Shown here one piece after another: positions 47,345 through 56,796 of a DNA stretch of 60,958 nt. The stretch comes from an uncultured Cytophagia bacterium. Lineage in GTDB: Bacteria; Zhuqueibacterota; Zhuqueibacteria; Thermofontimicrobiales; Thiofontviventaceae. Made by a program: the position numbers and the translations under genes. The stretch spans positions 1 to 60,958 of the forward strand of contig CAZCJL010000030.1 of assembly GCA_964498785.1 (NCBI GenBank). The letters run 5' to 3'. The notes under the pieces were generated by a model, which did no database searches, was not told the DNA's origin, and saw only the letters and a program-made list of their open reading frames with translations. How positions within the stretch are numbered: position 1 is the first letter of the stretch; each line of letters starts with the position of its first letter.

Positions 47345-50300
47345 CTACTTCATCATTAACATTTTACTTGTTTTATTAAATGTCTGGGTTCTCATTTTGC
47401 AGAAATAAACGCCGCTCGATACTTTCATCCCCTGGTCGTTTGTTCCATCCCATTGGATGCTGTATGAACCTGCCGCTTTTTTGCCATCAACAAGCGTTCG
47501 TACTTTTTTGCCCAGAATATTGTAAACGTCAATTTTTACATCAGAGCTATGTGCTAACTGGTACTTCAGTGTTGTTTCCGGATTAAACGGGTTGGGATAA
47601 TTTTCGAACAGTTCATAGGTCAACGGAGCTTTGCCGCTATTTTCAGCTACAGATGTCGGACCGCCAAAAACTTCAAGAAAGCCCCAGGTGCTGGGTCGTT
47701 TCCAGCCTTCTTCGATTACATCGCCGCTGCCACCGAATGCCACTAATAAAGTACGGCTTTCATCTCCAAGAGACGGATCCATATCAGTCCCGTTGATGGT
47801 CATTGGCATCATCGCGCCATCTTTGGTCGTCCAATCCTCGCCAACTTCGACCAGAGAATCAAGCTCCATTCTGGCTTCGATAATGTAGCCATCGCCGGTG
47901 AATTTCTGGAATACTGTGGTTTCTACACCAGGGATTGTGGTTTCTGTCATTCCGTTGATCTGTGTCGTACCCCAGGCAGTAAAACTGATACGCCAATCAC
48001 CGGTTCCTTCCTCAGACACAGAGCCCTTCGGATGTTGAGCCGATAATGCTTTGGCGTCGTAAAATCCCATATAAAATTCAAGAGCGTCGCCTTCCCATGC
48101 CTGTCCCGGAGGATCGCGAAGGTCATCGTCTGTCACATCTCCGGAGATATAAAGGTAGTTATCATCTATTACGAAGGTAATATTAAAATTCAAGTCCGTT
48201 GATTCCAATGTCCATGTGTCGCCATAATCACCACTTGCTGTTTGCGGTTTAACCATGTGGGTTTTATAATTTTCGAATTCAGTATCCAGACCATCCAGAA
48301 CAAACGCATCCGCGAAATCAGCGACATATTGTGCCTTGGCAGTAACACTGGTCGGGAGTGTGATCGGACCGACTTTGCACTCGGGCACTAATTCAGTTTC
48401 AACTCCCTGTGCAGAGGTCGCTGTAACTGCATAATACAAAGCCGCCTCACCAGCGTCTCTCGTCCATGGACGATGTCCCCAGTTTTGATGTCCATGCGGG
48501 ATTTTCGATGCAATTCGCATCACGCCTTCTGCATTTACATCATTAATCGGACTTTTGCTGACATATACATTATAAGTTTCGGTGCCAACTGCGTTATCCA
48601 TCCATTGTAAATGAGTAAAAAAGTATGGAGTAACAACACCGGGGCCCACGATAGTATCCATTTCAGCGATAACGGCTGGAGATACGACTTCCCCTTGTGG
48701 TTGTGGAATACCGTAATACATCAGATTATCCCAGTAGACATTCCCAACCCAGGTTTGCGCTTCCTGGTAGGAAATTTGGCCGCCCACGGAAAGCGTTGCA
48801 GTCGGATCGACTTCACCGGCATCAACAAAAGAAACAACATCGTAAAACAAGGTATTCCATTCACCCCGCACCAAACTGGAATCGTCGATGAAATAAGCAT
48901 GTTCCGTCCAGGTCCAGCTCACGTGGTCGCGTGCAAAGATTGAGACTTGTGCTCCCAACGGAATATCTGTCGGTAAATACACATCCAGAGAAATAGTATG
49001 AGCATAGGTTTCTAATTCAGCGGAATAGATATTCGCGTTGCCTTTTTCAAATGCGCCTTTCTGTTCGGTACTGTTTGCAAAGTCATAACTGGTGTTCAAA
49101 ACACCTGCGCTGCGAGCAGTGGGATCTGCGCTCCATATCACACCGTTCAATCCATCGCCCCAGGCTTTGGCAAAATCATTTGTACCGGCCGCCTCGTTTT
49201 CAAAATCAGCCACCAGCCAATCCATACCTGTTTGGGTTCCCAGAAAGCTGATATTATCAAAATAGATGGTACCCGCCCAGGTGGAATCTTCATCCAGAAT
49301 ATTCCAGCCCTGGATTTGGATACCGACTTTGCCTAGTTTATTTGCTTCGAGGTCGAGACCATCGTCGGGAGCCAATCGGGATAATGCAACCATGTCCATA
49401 TTAATGGGGTACCAGGTTTCTTTTGGTATATCATACACATTATGAATGGGATATTGTCCCCAGACACCAGCCCAACTGGCGTTATCCTGTACCCAAAGTT
49501 CAAAATACAAATCATCAGGAGTATCTGCCGGTAACCAGACATAATAGGTTAAAATCTGATTGCCGTCCGGATCAAGCGTACCATCATGCTGAATAACGCC
49601 TTTTCTTCCCAGCGTACCATCGTACGTTACAGCGAGCACGCCATCCGAAACAGTGCTGGGATCTTCAATGCGCGAAACATCGGTTAACGATGGCCCCCAT
49701 CCGTTATCGCTCCAGTTCATCGCGCCTAATGCCGGGTCTTCAAAATCACTGACAGCAGAGGGATTAGCGCCGACCAGACTAAAATTATCAAAATATATGG
49801 TTCCGGCCCATGTTGTGTCGGCATCGTGTTCATTCCAGCCCTGAATTTGAATACCGATTTTTCCGATTTTATTCGCTTCGAGATCAAGATTATCGGCAAG
49901 ATCTAATCGCGATAATGCAACCATGTCCATATTGATGGGGAACCATGTTTCTTTGGGAATATCATATCCGTTATAAATCGGATATTTGCCCCATACACCG
50001 GCCCAACTAGCGTTGTCCTGTACCCACAGTTCCAGATTCAAGCTATCAGGAAAATCTGCCGGCAGCCAGACATAATACGTGAAAACCTGTGCGCCTTCAG
50101 GGTCAATCGTGCCATCATACTGAATGACGCCTTTTCTGCCCAGTGTGCCATCGTACGTAACGGCTAAAACGCCTTCCGATGCACTGCTGGGATCAGCAAC
50201 ACGTGACACATCAGTCAGCGAAGGTCCCCATGCGTTATCTACCCAGTTCATCGTTCCTAAAGCCGGATCTTCAAAATCTGCAATAACTTGCGATAGTAGC

Positions 50301-50368
50301 AAATTAGGTAAAAGTATAACGCCGGCGATTATCCATAACACTGGCTTCATTGTAATTTGGTTCTTCAT
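47345..50368 (-). CDS. Secreted protein with duplicated CBM-like beta-sandwich modules (two ~175-aa near-identical repeats plus a third divergent one), a CBM9/DOMON-like domain, and a T9SS C-terminal sorting domain.
   Basis: Shine-Dalgarno AAGGAGGG. Signal peptide. The block DFEDPALG.MNW.DN.WGPSLTDVSR..DPS..S.GVLAVTYDGTLGRKGVIQ.DGT.DP.G.Q..TYYVWLPAD.PD.L..ELWVQDNASWAGVWG.YPI.N.YDIPKETW.PINMDMVALSRL occurs twice. C-terminus NYPNPFNPETTLKYQLAHSSDVKIDVYNILGKKVRTL...KMLMMK. Confidence 0.7.
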   Translation of the reverse strand: MKNQITMKPVLWIIAGVILLPNLLLSQVIADFEDPALGTMNWVDNAWGPSLTDVSRVADPSSASEGVLAVTYDGTLGRKGVIQYDGTIDPEGAQVFTYYVWLPADFPDSLNLELWVQDNASWAGVWGKYPIYNGYDIPKETWFPINMDMVALSRLDLADNLDLEANKIGKIGIQIQGWNEHDADTTWAGTIYFDNFSLVGANPSAVSDFEDPALGAMNWSDNGWGPSLTDVSRIEDPSTVSDGVLAVTYDGTLGRKGVIQHDGTLDPDGNQILTYYVWLPADTPDDLYFELWVQDNASWAGVWGQYPIHNVYDIPKETWYPINMDMVALSRLAPDDGLDLEANKLGKVGIQIQGWNILDEDSTWAGTIYFDNISFLGTQTGMDWLVADFENEAAGTNDFAKAWGDGLNGVIWSADPTARSAGVLNTSYDFANSTEQKGAFEKGNANIYSAELETYAHTISLDVYLPTDIPLGAQVSIFARDHVSWTWTEHAYFIDDSSLVRGEWNTLFYDVVSFVDAGEVDPTATLSVGGQISYQEAQTWVGNVYWDNLMYYGIPQPQGEVVSPAVIAEMDTIVGPGVVTPYFFTHLQWMDNAVGTETYNVYVSKSPINDVNAEGVMRIASKIPHGHQNWGHRPWTRDAGEAALYYAVTATSAQGVETELVPECKVGPITLPTSVTAKAQYVADFADAFVLDGLDTEFENYKTHMVKPQTASGDYGDTWTLESTDLNFNITFVIDDNYLYISGDVTDDDLRDPPGQAWEGDALEFYMGFYDAKALSAQHPKGSVSEEGTGDWRISFTAWGTTQINGMTETTIPGVETTVFQKFTGDGYIIEARMELDSLVEVGEDWTTKDGAMMPMTINGTDMDPSLGDESRTLLVAFGGSGDVIEEGWKRPSTWGFLEVFGGPTSVAENSGKAPLTYELFENYPNPFNPETTLKYQLAHSSDVKIDVYNILGKKVRTLVDGKKAAGSYSIQWDGTNDQGMKVSSGVYFCKMRTQTFNKTSKMLMMK

Positions 50369-50400
50369 AAAGCCCTCCTTTGATTAAAATTACGTTTTAC

Positions 50401-50418
50401 TGCTGAATATTCAGCAGG
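50401..50418. promoter_or_regulatory. Perfect 18-bp palindrome CTGCTGAATATTCAGCAG between the Shine-Dalgarno site of 47345..50368 and the upstream LacI gene. Candidate operator or RNA hairpin.
   Basis: The sequence is its own reverse complement. It lies about 33 nt upstream of the 50368 start codon. Confidence 0.35.
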
Positions 50419-50617
50419 CTTTAATTGATAAAAAATGTGATTACTCTGGTATATTTTTTCCGTCACTCATCACCTCCTTAGAGTGTATTCTTTTCAGATT
50501 GATCTCGAGTAAATTCTTTTCTGGCAAGCTGAGATTGTGGAAAACCGTATGCTAAAATTTTAATTCGGATAGCGAAGATGAATATTCCGGATTACTCTGA
50601 TCTATATTTTCACGATT

Positions 50618-51616
50618 TCAAATTTTCCTGACCGACTCCCTCTCAACTATTTTTGTCGGCACAATCGTGGTAACGGGTGCTTTGATCTCGTGTCGGATCA
50701 TTTGAAAAAGCGTTCGGATAGCAATGGAACCTAATTCTTCTTTATATACCCGGACAGTTGTCAAAGCCGGTGAAGCATATTTTGCCAGATCAATATCATC
50801 AAATCCGATGATACTAATATCATCAGGAATTTTTAAATTTAGTTCCTGAATGGCTTTATAGCCATGAATCGCATTGATGTCGTTTGCTGCAAATATCGCG
50901 GTGGGGCGATTTTCAAGAGCTAATAAATTCTTTAAATGTTGGTATCCTTTTTCCAGGCCTCCTGTCTGGATTAATGCATTGTCAACAGCAATATTATTGT
51001 AAGTTAACGCTTTTTTATAACCATTGAATCGTTGCTTAAAACTTAATCGTTCAAGATCACCGGAAATGTAACCAATGCGTTGATGTCCTTTTTGAATCAA
51101 ATATTGTGTTGCCGCAAAAGCGCCCTGTTCATTATCAATGAGAATTTGGCAACAATTTTCAATCATAAATTTCGGATCCACCATAATACAGGGGATACCG
51201 TTTGATAATATATTTTTTATAAATTCATCCTGAAAAATCCCAACTAACACCAGTCCGTCAACCTGCCTCTGACGAACCATTTTGGGTAATTTATCCTGTT
51301 GATGTTCCGGGATAAGCTGCAAAACGAGATTGTAATTCTGTAGGGCAACCTCGGCTTCAATGCCTTCCAAAACGCGGGAATAAAATGGATTTCCGGATAA
51401 CGGCTGAACTTCGCGGCAAAATATGACGCCGATATTTTCCGTGGCGCGGGATTTCAATCCCTTCCCAAATGCATTGGGAACAAAATCATGTTTTTGGGCC
51501 AAATCAATTATCTTTTGTCGGGTTTCCGGGCTCACATCGGGTCTGTCATTGAGCGCTTTTGACACTGTAGCCTGTGAAACATTCGCCAGCTTCGCAATCT
51601 CTTTTATGGTGATCAT
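50618..51616 (-). CDS. LacI-family transcriptional regulator.
   Basis: N-terminal helix-turn-helix KEIAKLANVSQATVSKALN and a periplasmic-binding-protein-like sugar-binding core. 4-nt overlap (ATGA) with the upstream hydrolase gene. Confidence 0.85.
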   Translation of the reverse strand: MITIKEIAKLANVSQATVSKALNDRPDVSPETRQKIIDLAQKHDFVPNAFGKGLKSRATENIGVIFCREVQPLSGNPFYSRVLEGIEAEVALQNYNLVLQLIPEHQQDKLPKMVRQRQVDGLVLVGIFQDEFIKNILSNGIPCIMVDPKFMIENCCQILIDNEQGAFAATQYLIQKGHQRIGYISGDLERLSFKQRFNGYKKALTYNNIAVDNALIQTGGLEKGYQHLKNLLALENRPTAIFAANDINAIHGYKAIQELNLKIPDDISIIGFDDIDLAKYASPALTTVRVYKEELGSIAIRTLFQMIRHEIKAPVTTIVPTKIVERESVRKI

Positions 51617-53796
51617 TGGAAATTCTTCCTATAAATTTTACAGGCGACATCTTTATTAAAAGACGGAATATTCAAAACAATTTCGTTTTGCCGGGTCACT
51701 GTAACAGCTTCATTGTGAAAAATTGTTCCCTGATATGTATCCCACCATTCTACCTGATATTCTCCGGGATCGATAGCGGAAATATTCATTTTTGCTGTTA
51801 ATTCGGGTTTGTGCAGCAATTTTTTATTTTTCACAAGCTGCCACTGATATTTTTGATGTCGGAGCCAGAGATAATAATCCCCTTTTTGCCGGACACCCGT
51901 CACGATAATTTTATCCGCTGTTTTTATGCCGCAGTTTTCGAATTTGTACTGTGTAATTTTAATCCAGTCCGTTCCAGAATTTTCTACCCGGATAGCGTGA
52001 CTTCCGGCAGGAACATCGATGCCATAATCTTTGTTGTAGGCACCCTGGTACATTTTTATCTCTTCCTTCCAGACACTTTGCTCCCATTCGCCGTCACCCG
52101 TTCCCAAAGGCAGCGGTTTTTCCAGTGCCAGCGCTCCATCAAGGTAAATTTGCAGATGCCCGGAATCAGATACATCGTCCACATGCACAACAAATCGCCC
52201 ATCAAATCGATAATCGATCTTAAATTCCGGTGGTTGTTTCATCTCTGATTTTGACTTTCCAAACAGATACGAAGGAACCTGGTCGCTGTTATTCATCTCT
52301 CCATTAACATCAACGTTGAAATGAGCGACTGTATTTTTTCCCCACGATTTTGATGGTGACAGAACATAAGTCGCCTGGTCCGGGGATAACTCACTGTTCA
52401 GGAAAATATCATCAATCACAATTTTTTCGATGGGGGAAGAGCCAATCGCAATTTCAGCCGCAAAGTTCGTAATCGCCTGAAAATGAAAATACAAATTATC
52501 CGCTTCGATGAGTTCATCCCACCACCAGGTAAGCGGTGAAATGGGAGTCGGGGAAAAGAGTCCGGCCCACAGTCCATTGTGAATTCCCACGTGTTCAGGA
52601 TCGTTTTCCCGTGTTTTATCTGCACCCCGATAATCACTGCCAAACTCGCCGATAACATGCGGCTTTCCATATTCCTTTTGATGTCGGTCAATATTTATCG
52701 GAATGTATTCTGCAAAATTCGGTTTGTTATAAAGGTGTGATTGAGTGATATCGATGTTTTGCATCCGCCAAATTTCTGGCAGCGCGTTGGAGGAAAAACT
52801 CGTCGTGATTAAGTGATCGTAAGGATCGATTTCTCTCAGAAATTCAGCCATATCTTTGTGCCAGGCAATGACATCTGCCGGCTTCCCTGCGGTCAGGTCG
52901 ACCTCATTCCAGAATTCCCAGGCGAGAATATACGGGCTATATCCATATCGGGCAACGATATATTTCAGGCGATTTTCATAATATTTTTTTGCGACAGGAT
53001 TGACGAAGAAATCAGCCTCTTTATTACAGGGTCCGCCATTTTTTTGATTATACGGATTTTCGTCCCATTTCTTCTCTTTGAAATATCCCTGCAACTCTTG
53101 AATCACGCCATGGTAATCGAAACAGAGCATGATGTAAATATTGTATTTTTCAGCCAACACTAACACCGAATCCAACCGGGCGGCGTTTTGCAGATGATAT
53201 TTCCCCAGTCCAGTATCTTCCCACTCCAGGTAAAGATTCCAGGGACACATCCAGATGCGGACAAAATTGCAGCCGATTTCATTTAGTTTTTTAAAATAGT
53301 AATGGTAATCGTCAGCCCAGCAGACACTTTCCCCAAAAGCTCTGAATAATCTTCCGGAATCGAATATAAACTGATAATCAGACTCAGGATTGCGGCGGAT
53401 GAAACCGTTTCTCGCAGATTGAACAGCAGTTAGCGAAATCGATTTAGTAGTAATCGTATCATCCCGGGTTCGGACAATGAATTGATACGAATATTCTCCG
53501 ATTTTCGTAGGTGTGAACCTGACATTCCAGATAGAAATATTTCCGTTATTGCCAGTATAAAATCCGGGTTGTATGATTTCTTCACCAGAAGGTGATACCG
53601 CAGACATGCTGACACTAATCTCATTAACATCAAAAGGATTAGATAGTTGCGAAGCCCTTATTTCCAGACGGGAGCTACAGGGTCGGTACTGTTCGATGCT
53701 GTCGGGGAATGGTGAAAAAAAAAGTAAACTCGTGCCAGATAGGTGATGAGTAAAAAGAAAAGAGAGAGATAGGACAAGGTAAATAATCTTCTTCAT
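51613..53796 (-). CDS. Secreted DUF5060 / GH5-like (clan GH-A) glycoside hydrolase, a paralogue of the catalytic region of 34088..37606. The ORF track opens at TTG 53868; ATG 53796 is preferred.
   Basis: Signal peptide MKKIIYLVLSLSFLFT. N-terminal beta-sandwich similar to the DUF5060-like region of 34088..37606. TIM-barrel with AWEFWNEVDL (NE acid/base) and HVIGEFG (nucleophile-like). Confidence 0.65.
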   Translation of the reverse strand: MKKIIYLVLSLSFLFTHHLSGTSLLFFSPFPDSIEQYRPCSSRLEIRASQLSNPFDVNEISVSMSAVSPSGEEIIQPGFYTGNNGNISIWNVRFTPTKIGEYSYQFIVRTRDDTITTKSISLTAVQSARNGFIRRNPESDYQFIFDSGRLFRAFGESVCWADDYHYYFKKLNEIGCNFVRIWMCPWNLYLEWEDTGLGKYHLQNAARLDSVLVLAEKYNIYIMLCFDYHGVIQELQGYFKEKKWDENPYNQKNGGPCNKEADFFVNPVAKKYYENRLKYIVARYGYSPYILAWEFWNEVDLTAGKPADVIAWHKDMAEFLREIDPYDHLITTSFSSNALPEIWRMQNIDITQSHLYNKPNFAEYIPINIDRHQKEYGKPHVIGEFGSDYRGADKTRENDPEHVGIHNGLWAGLFSPTPISPLTWWWDELIEADNLYFHFQAITNFAAEIAIGSSPIEKIVIDDIFLNSELSPDQATYVLSPSKSWGKNTVAHFNVDVNGEMNNSDQVPSYLFGKSKSEMKQPPEFKIDYRFDGRFVVHVDDVSDSGHLQIYLDGALALEKPLPLGTGDGEWEQSVWKEEIKMYQGAYNKDYGIDVPAGSHAIRVENSGTDWIKITQYKFENCGIKTADKIIVTGVRQKGDYYLWLRHQKYQWQLVKNKKLLHKPELTAKMNISAIDPGEYQVEWWDTYQGTIFHNEAVTVTRQNEIVLNIPSFNKDVACKIYRKNFQ

Positions 53797-53912
53797 TTTA
53801 AATTGATCCATAAAATGACAGAAAACGATTTCGTTAACAAATATATTATTTTTAGATTTCAAAGTCAAGACCTTTTTTAAATTATTGTTAAAAAACAGAA
53901 ATTTTAAAAAAA

Positions 53913-54908
53913 TTAAATCTCGGAATTCGCCTTGATAAAATCAATCAAATCGTCAACCTGGGTGAAAGCAATGCATGTATATGTATCAGCGCCACCATAA
54001 TATATCGCGAGTCTGCCGGAGGGCGCATCACAAAGCGCGGCGCAGGGGAAAACGACATTGGGTACTTTACCGGTGGTCTCATACGATTTTTCAGGAGCTA
54101 ACAAATAGCGATTTGTTCGATACAAAATTTTCCAGGGCTGATCAATATCCAACAGCGCTGCGCCAATATTATAAACAAAGCCGTTGCAGGTATTTAAAAC
54201 ACCATGATAAATCAGCAGCCACCCCTCCGTTGTCTCAATCGGGACCGGACCAGCGCCAATTTTTGTCGCCTGCCACCATTGTCCCCCGGCTGCCATCACA
54301 AAACGATGTCTTCCCCAGTACGTCATGTCAGGACTTTCGCTGATGTAAATATCACCAAAAGGTGTATGACCATTATCACTGGGGCGATTTAGCATATAGT
54401 AATTCCCGTTGATTTTTCTGGGGAATAAAACGCCGTTTCGGTTAAATGGTAAATAGGCATTTTCCATCTGGTGAAATTTTTTGAAATCCATTGTCCTGGC
54501 AATGCCAATCGTGGGACCATGATACCCGTTGCACCAGGTGATGTAATAGGTATCATCAATTTTGCAAACGCGGGGATCATACGCGTAAATCATTTTCCCG
54601 ATTTCAGGATCATCAAATTTAAACTGGATCCGATCATGTTCTATGTCCCAGTGTATCCCATCCTGGCTTCGGCCCAGATGCAAAAATGGCATGTATGATT
54701 TATAATCAACGCGAAACACGCCAATAAATGCTCCTTCAAACGGGACAACCGCACTGTTATAAATACTGTGGGCACAAGGAATCGGATTGATATCAATCAC
54801 CGGATTGCCAGAATATCGCCAGATGACATCCGGATATCCGGCTGGTTTATCTTCCCATGGTATGTTCGGAATCTCCTGTCCACCGATTATCGTCTTTCGT
54901 TGTGACAT
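53913..54908 (-). CDS. GH130 family glycoside phosphorylase (beta-1,4-mannoside / mannosylglucose phosphorylase type).
   Basis: Five-bladed beta-propeller GH130 blocks: [70 protein letters not shown]....[11 protein letters not shown]. Shine-Dalgarno GGAGAG. Confidence 0.7.
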   Translation of the reverse strand: MSQRKTIIGGQEIPNIPWEDKPAGYPDVIWRYSGNPVIDINPIPCAHSIYNSAVVPFEGAFIGVFRVDYKSYMPFLHLGRSQDGIHWDIEHDRIQFKFDDPEIGKMIYAYDPRVCKIDDTYYITWCNGYHGPTIGIARTMDFKKFHQMENAYLPFNRNGVLFPRKINGNYYMLNRPSDNGHTPFGDIYISESPDMTYWGRHRFVMAAGGQWWQATKIGAGPVPIETTEGWLLIYHGVLNTCNGFVYNIGAALLDIDQPWKILYRTNRYLLAPEKSYETTGKVPNVVFPCAALCDAPSGRLAIYYGGADTYTCIAFTQVDDLIDFIKANSEI

Positions 54909-54951
54909 AATTGTCTCTCCATTTTTTTTGAATAAAACGTGACAATAAAGC

Positions 54952-56442
54952 CTAAAATTCTGAATTCAATTTGCGTAATGGAATGATTCCATCGTTCATA
55001 TTCCCATAAGTTTCATATATCCAATCATCTTTTCCATTCACACGAATAACCACAGTCCCCACTTCCAGATTTGGCAGGTCTTCAATGTATCGTTGATGAT
55101 TGTCAATCAAATACTTTTCAACGCGCTGCTTGAATTTCACCATATATGCACTTCGGGCATAAATGGCTTCCTGGGCTTGTACCAGAACAATTGCGGGATT
55201 TATCGCCCGCAAATAATCCACATCAACAGAACCGTGGAAGTGATGATTCCCGTAATAGACATCTGCCTCAATATCGTCGGGAAAATCTCTTAATATTCGC
55301 TGTTGATTTTCCGCGTATATATCGCCACCGTGCACGTAAACAAATCCGTTATATTCCATTTTGAACGACAACGAACGGGTATTTTCGTCCGCGCCGTCCT
55401 GATAGCTGTTCAAAATTTTAAAATTAACCTGATCCAGTTTAAATGTTTCTCCTGTGGAAAAACTTTTATAGTCATAAAAATTTTCTACATTATACCGCTT
55501 TCGAATTGTCGCTCCCCGGTCGCCACTGTCATGATCTTCATGATAATGCGTCAGGAAAAAGTAATCGATCTTCCGAATATTGTGGCGATCCAGCAACGGA
55601 ATGATGACCTGGTCCCGAACCCAATCTTTCGCACAATCCACTAACATAATTTTTCCCCCGGGCAAAATAAAAAGTACTGATGCCCCATGATTGACATCCG
55701 GCGCGATAATTGTGAGTTTTGAATCTTCCGGCGCCGATGCAACATGCAATTGAAAATCAAGTGTGCAATTATCAGCATACACCAATTTAAGCGTGTTTTT
55801 GCCATCAGGTAATTGAGCAAGAACATCTCCGGAAATTGTTACCATTGACGCATCTTCCTGAAACGGAAATTCAATTGTCGAAAACGGTATTTCAGTTTCT
55901 CCGCAAACTATCTCTTCAACGGGGTTTCCGTAATAATTGGTCTTTATGAAAATGTTACGCGGAAATTTTTTATAAAAGAAATTCTGCGTCGGCTTTAAGG
56001 TTGGCTCCGGCTGAATCAGTTGCAGCGTTAAATAGTCAATATCAATGTCGCCCCAGCTTGCTTTCAGCTCAATTTTATTCGACCCTTTGTAAAGGTGAGT
56101 ACTCGTCGATAACAAATTCCAGTCCGGCGAATATCCAAAACCAATCTTTGTTTCTTCCCCGTTTTTGACCAGTGACTGCTCTTTTTCACCATCCGGCGAT
56201 CGATAGCGGAAAACCAAATTGTACCAGGCAGAAGAGTCGACTTCAATATCCCAGATAACACTACCGTTGTCCCCCATTTTGAGGTATTCACCGCCAGATG
56301 CAGTAGAATCGGTAACCACCAGCAGGTCATTGTCGCTCGAATTTTCAGCCTCAAAAAAATTTCCATCAGGCAATTCTGTTGCACTGGCAACAGAAATGAA
56401 TAAATGCAACAGAGATGCGAGTGCAAAAAATTTATATTTCAC
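54952..56442 (-). CDS. Secreted protein with an N-terminal CBM6/35-like carbohydrate-binding module fused to a metallo-beta-lactamase-fold hydrolase domain. GTG start.
   Basis: Shine-Dalgarno GGAGAA 7 nt before GTG. Signal peptide [33 protein letters not shown] is the HxHxDH motif of the metallo-beta-lactamase fold. N-terminal beta-sandwich with [20 protein letters not shown]. Confidence 0.6.
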   Translation of the reverse strand: MKYKFFALASLLHLFISVASATELPDGNFFEAENSSDNDLLVVTDSTASGGEYLKMGDNGSVIWDIEVDSSAWYNLVFRYRSPDGEKEQSLVKNGEETKIGFGYSPDWNLLSTSTHLYKGSNKIELKASWGDIDIDYLTLQLIQPEPTLKPTQNFFYKKFPRNIFIKTNYYGNPVEEIVCGETEIPFSTIEFPFQEDASMVTISGDVLAQLPDGKNTLKLVYADNCTLDFQLHVASAPEDSKLTIIAPDVNHGASVLFILPGGKIMLVDCAKDWVRDQVIIPLLDRHNIRKIDYFFLTHYHEDHDSGDRGATIRKRYNVENFYDYKSFSTGETFKLDQVNFKILNSYQDGADENTRSLSFKMEYNGFVYVHGGDIYAENQQRILRDFPDDIEADVYYGNHHFHGSVDVDYLRAINPAIVLVQAQEAIYARSAYMVKFKQRVEKYLIDNHQRYIEDLPNLEVGTVVIRVNGKDDWIYETYGNMNDGIIPLRKLNSEF

Positions 56443-56462
56443 CGGTTTTCTCCAATATATTT

Positions 56463-56769
56463 TTAACCCAAGTTCACCTCAATTTCTTAAGGATAAACTC
56501 CTTTTTATTAAACTTAGGTCGATTTTTTGTTTACAAATAGGTTAATGGATCACTACAGATTTTTGCTTTTTCATTTTTTTTAATATTGGTTTTAAGTTTT
56601 TCATTGTTTTTAATAATTATACCTTTAATTTACTGTAAAAATTAAATTAAAGTCAAGCATTAAATTTGTGGGCCACTTCATCTACTTTTTGAAGCCAAAT
56701 ATTGAAGTTTGCCTTGATTTTTGTCACTTTTAAGACATTTCCCCAAATAGTGTGGTGAACTTGGGTTAA
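56463..56769. repeat. AT-rich 272-bp intergenic segment bracketed by a perfect 16-bp inverted repeat (TTAACCCAAGTTCACC ... GGTGAACTTGGGTTAA). A MITE or invertible-promoter-like element.
   Basis: Left arm 56463..56478. Right arm 56754..56769 is its exact reverse complement. Lies between the GH26 stop (56797) and the metallo-beta-lactamase gene start (56442). Confidence 0.7.
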
Positions 56770-56796
56770 TAATCCTGTCCATCCTGCCCTAAAAAG

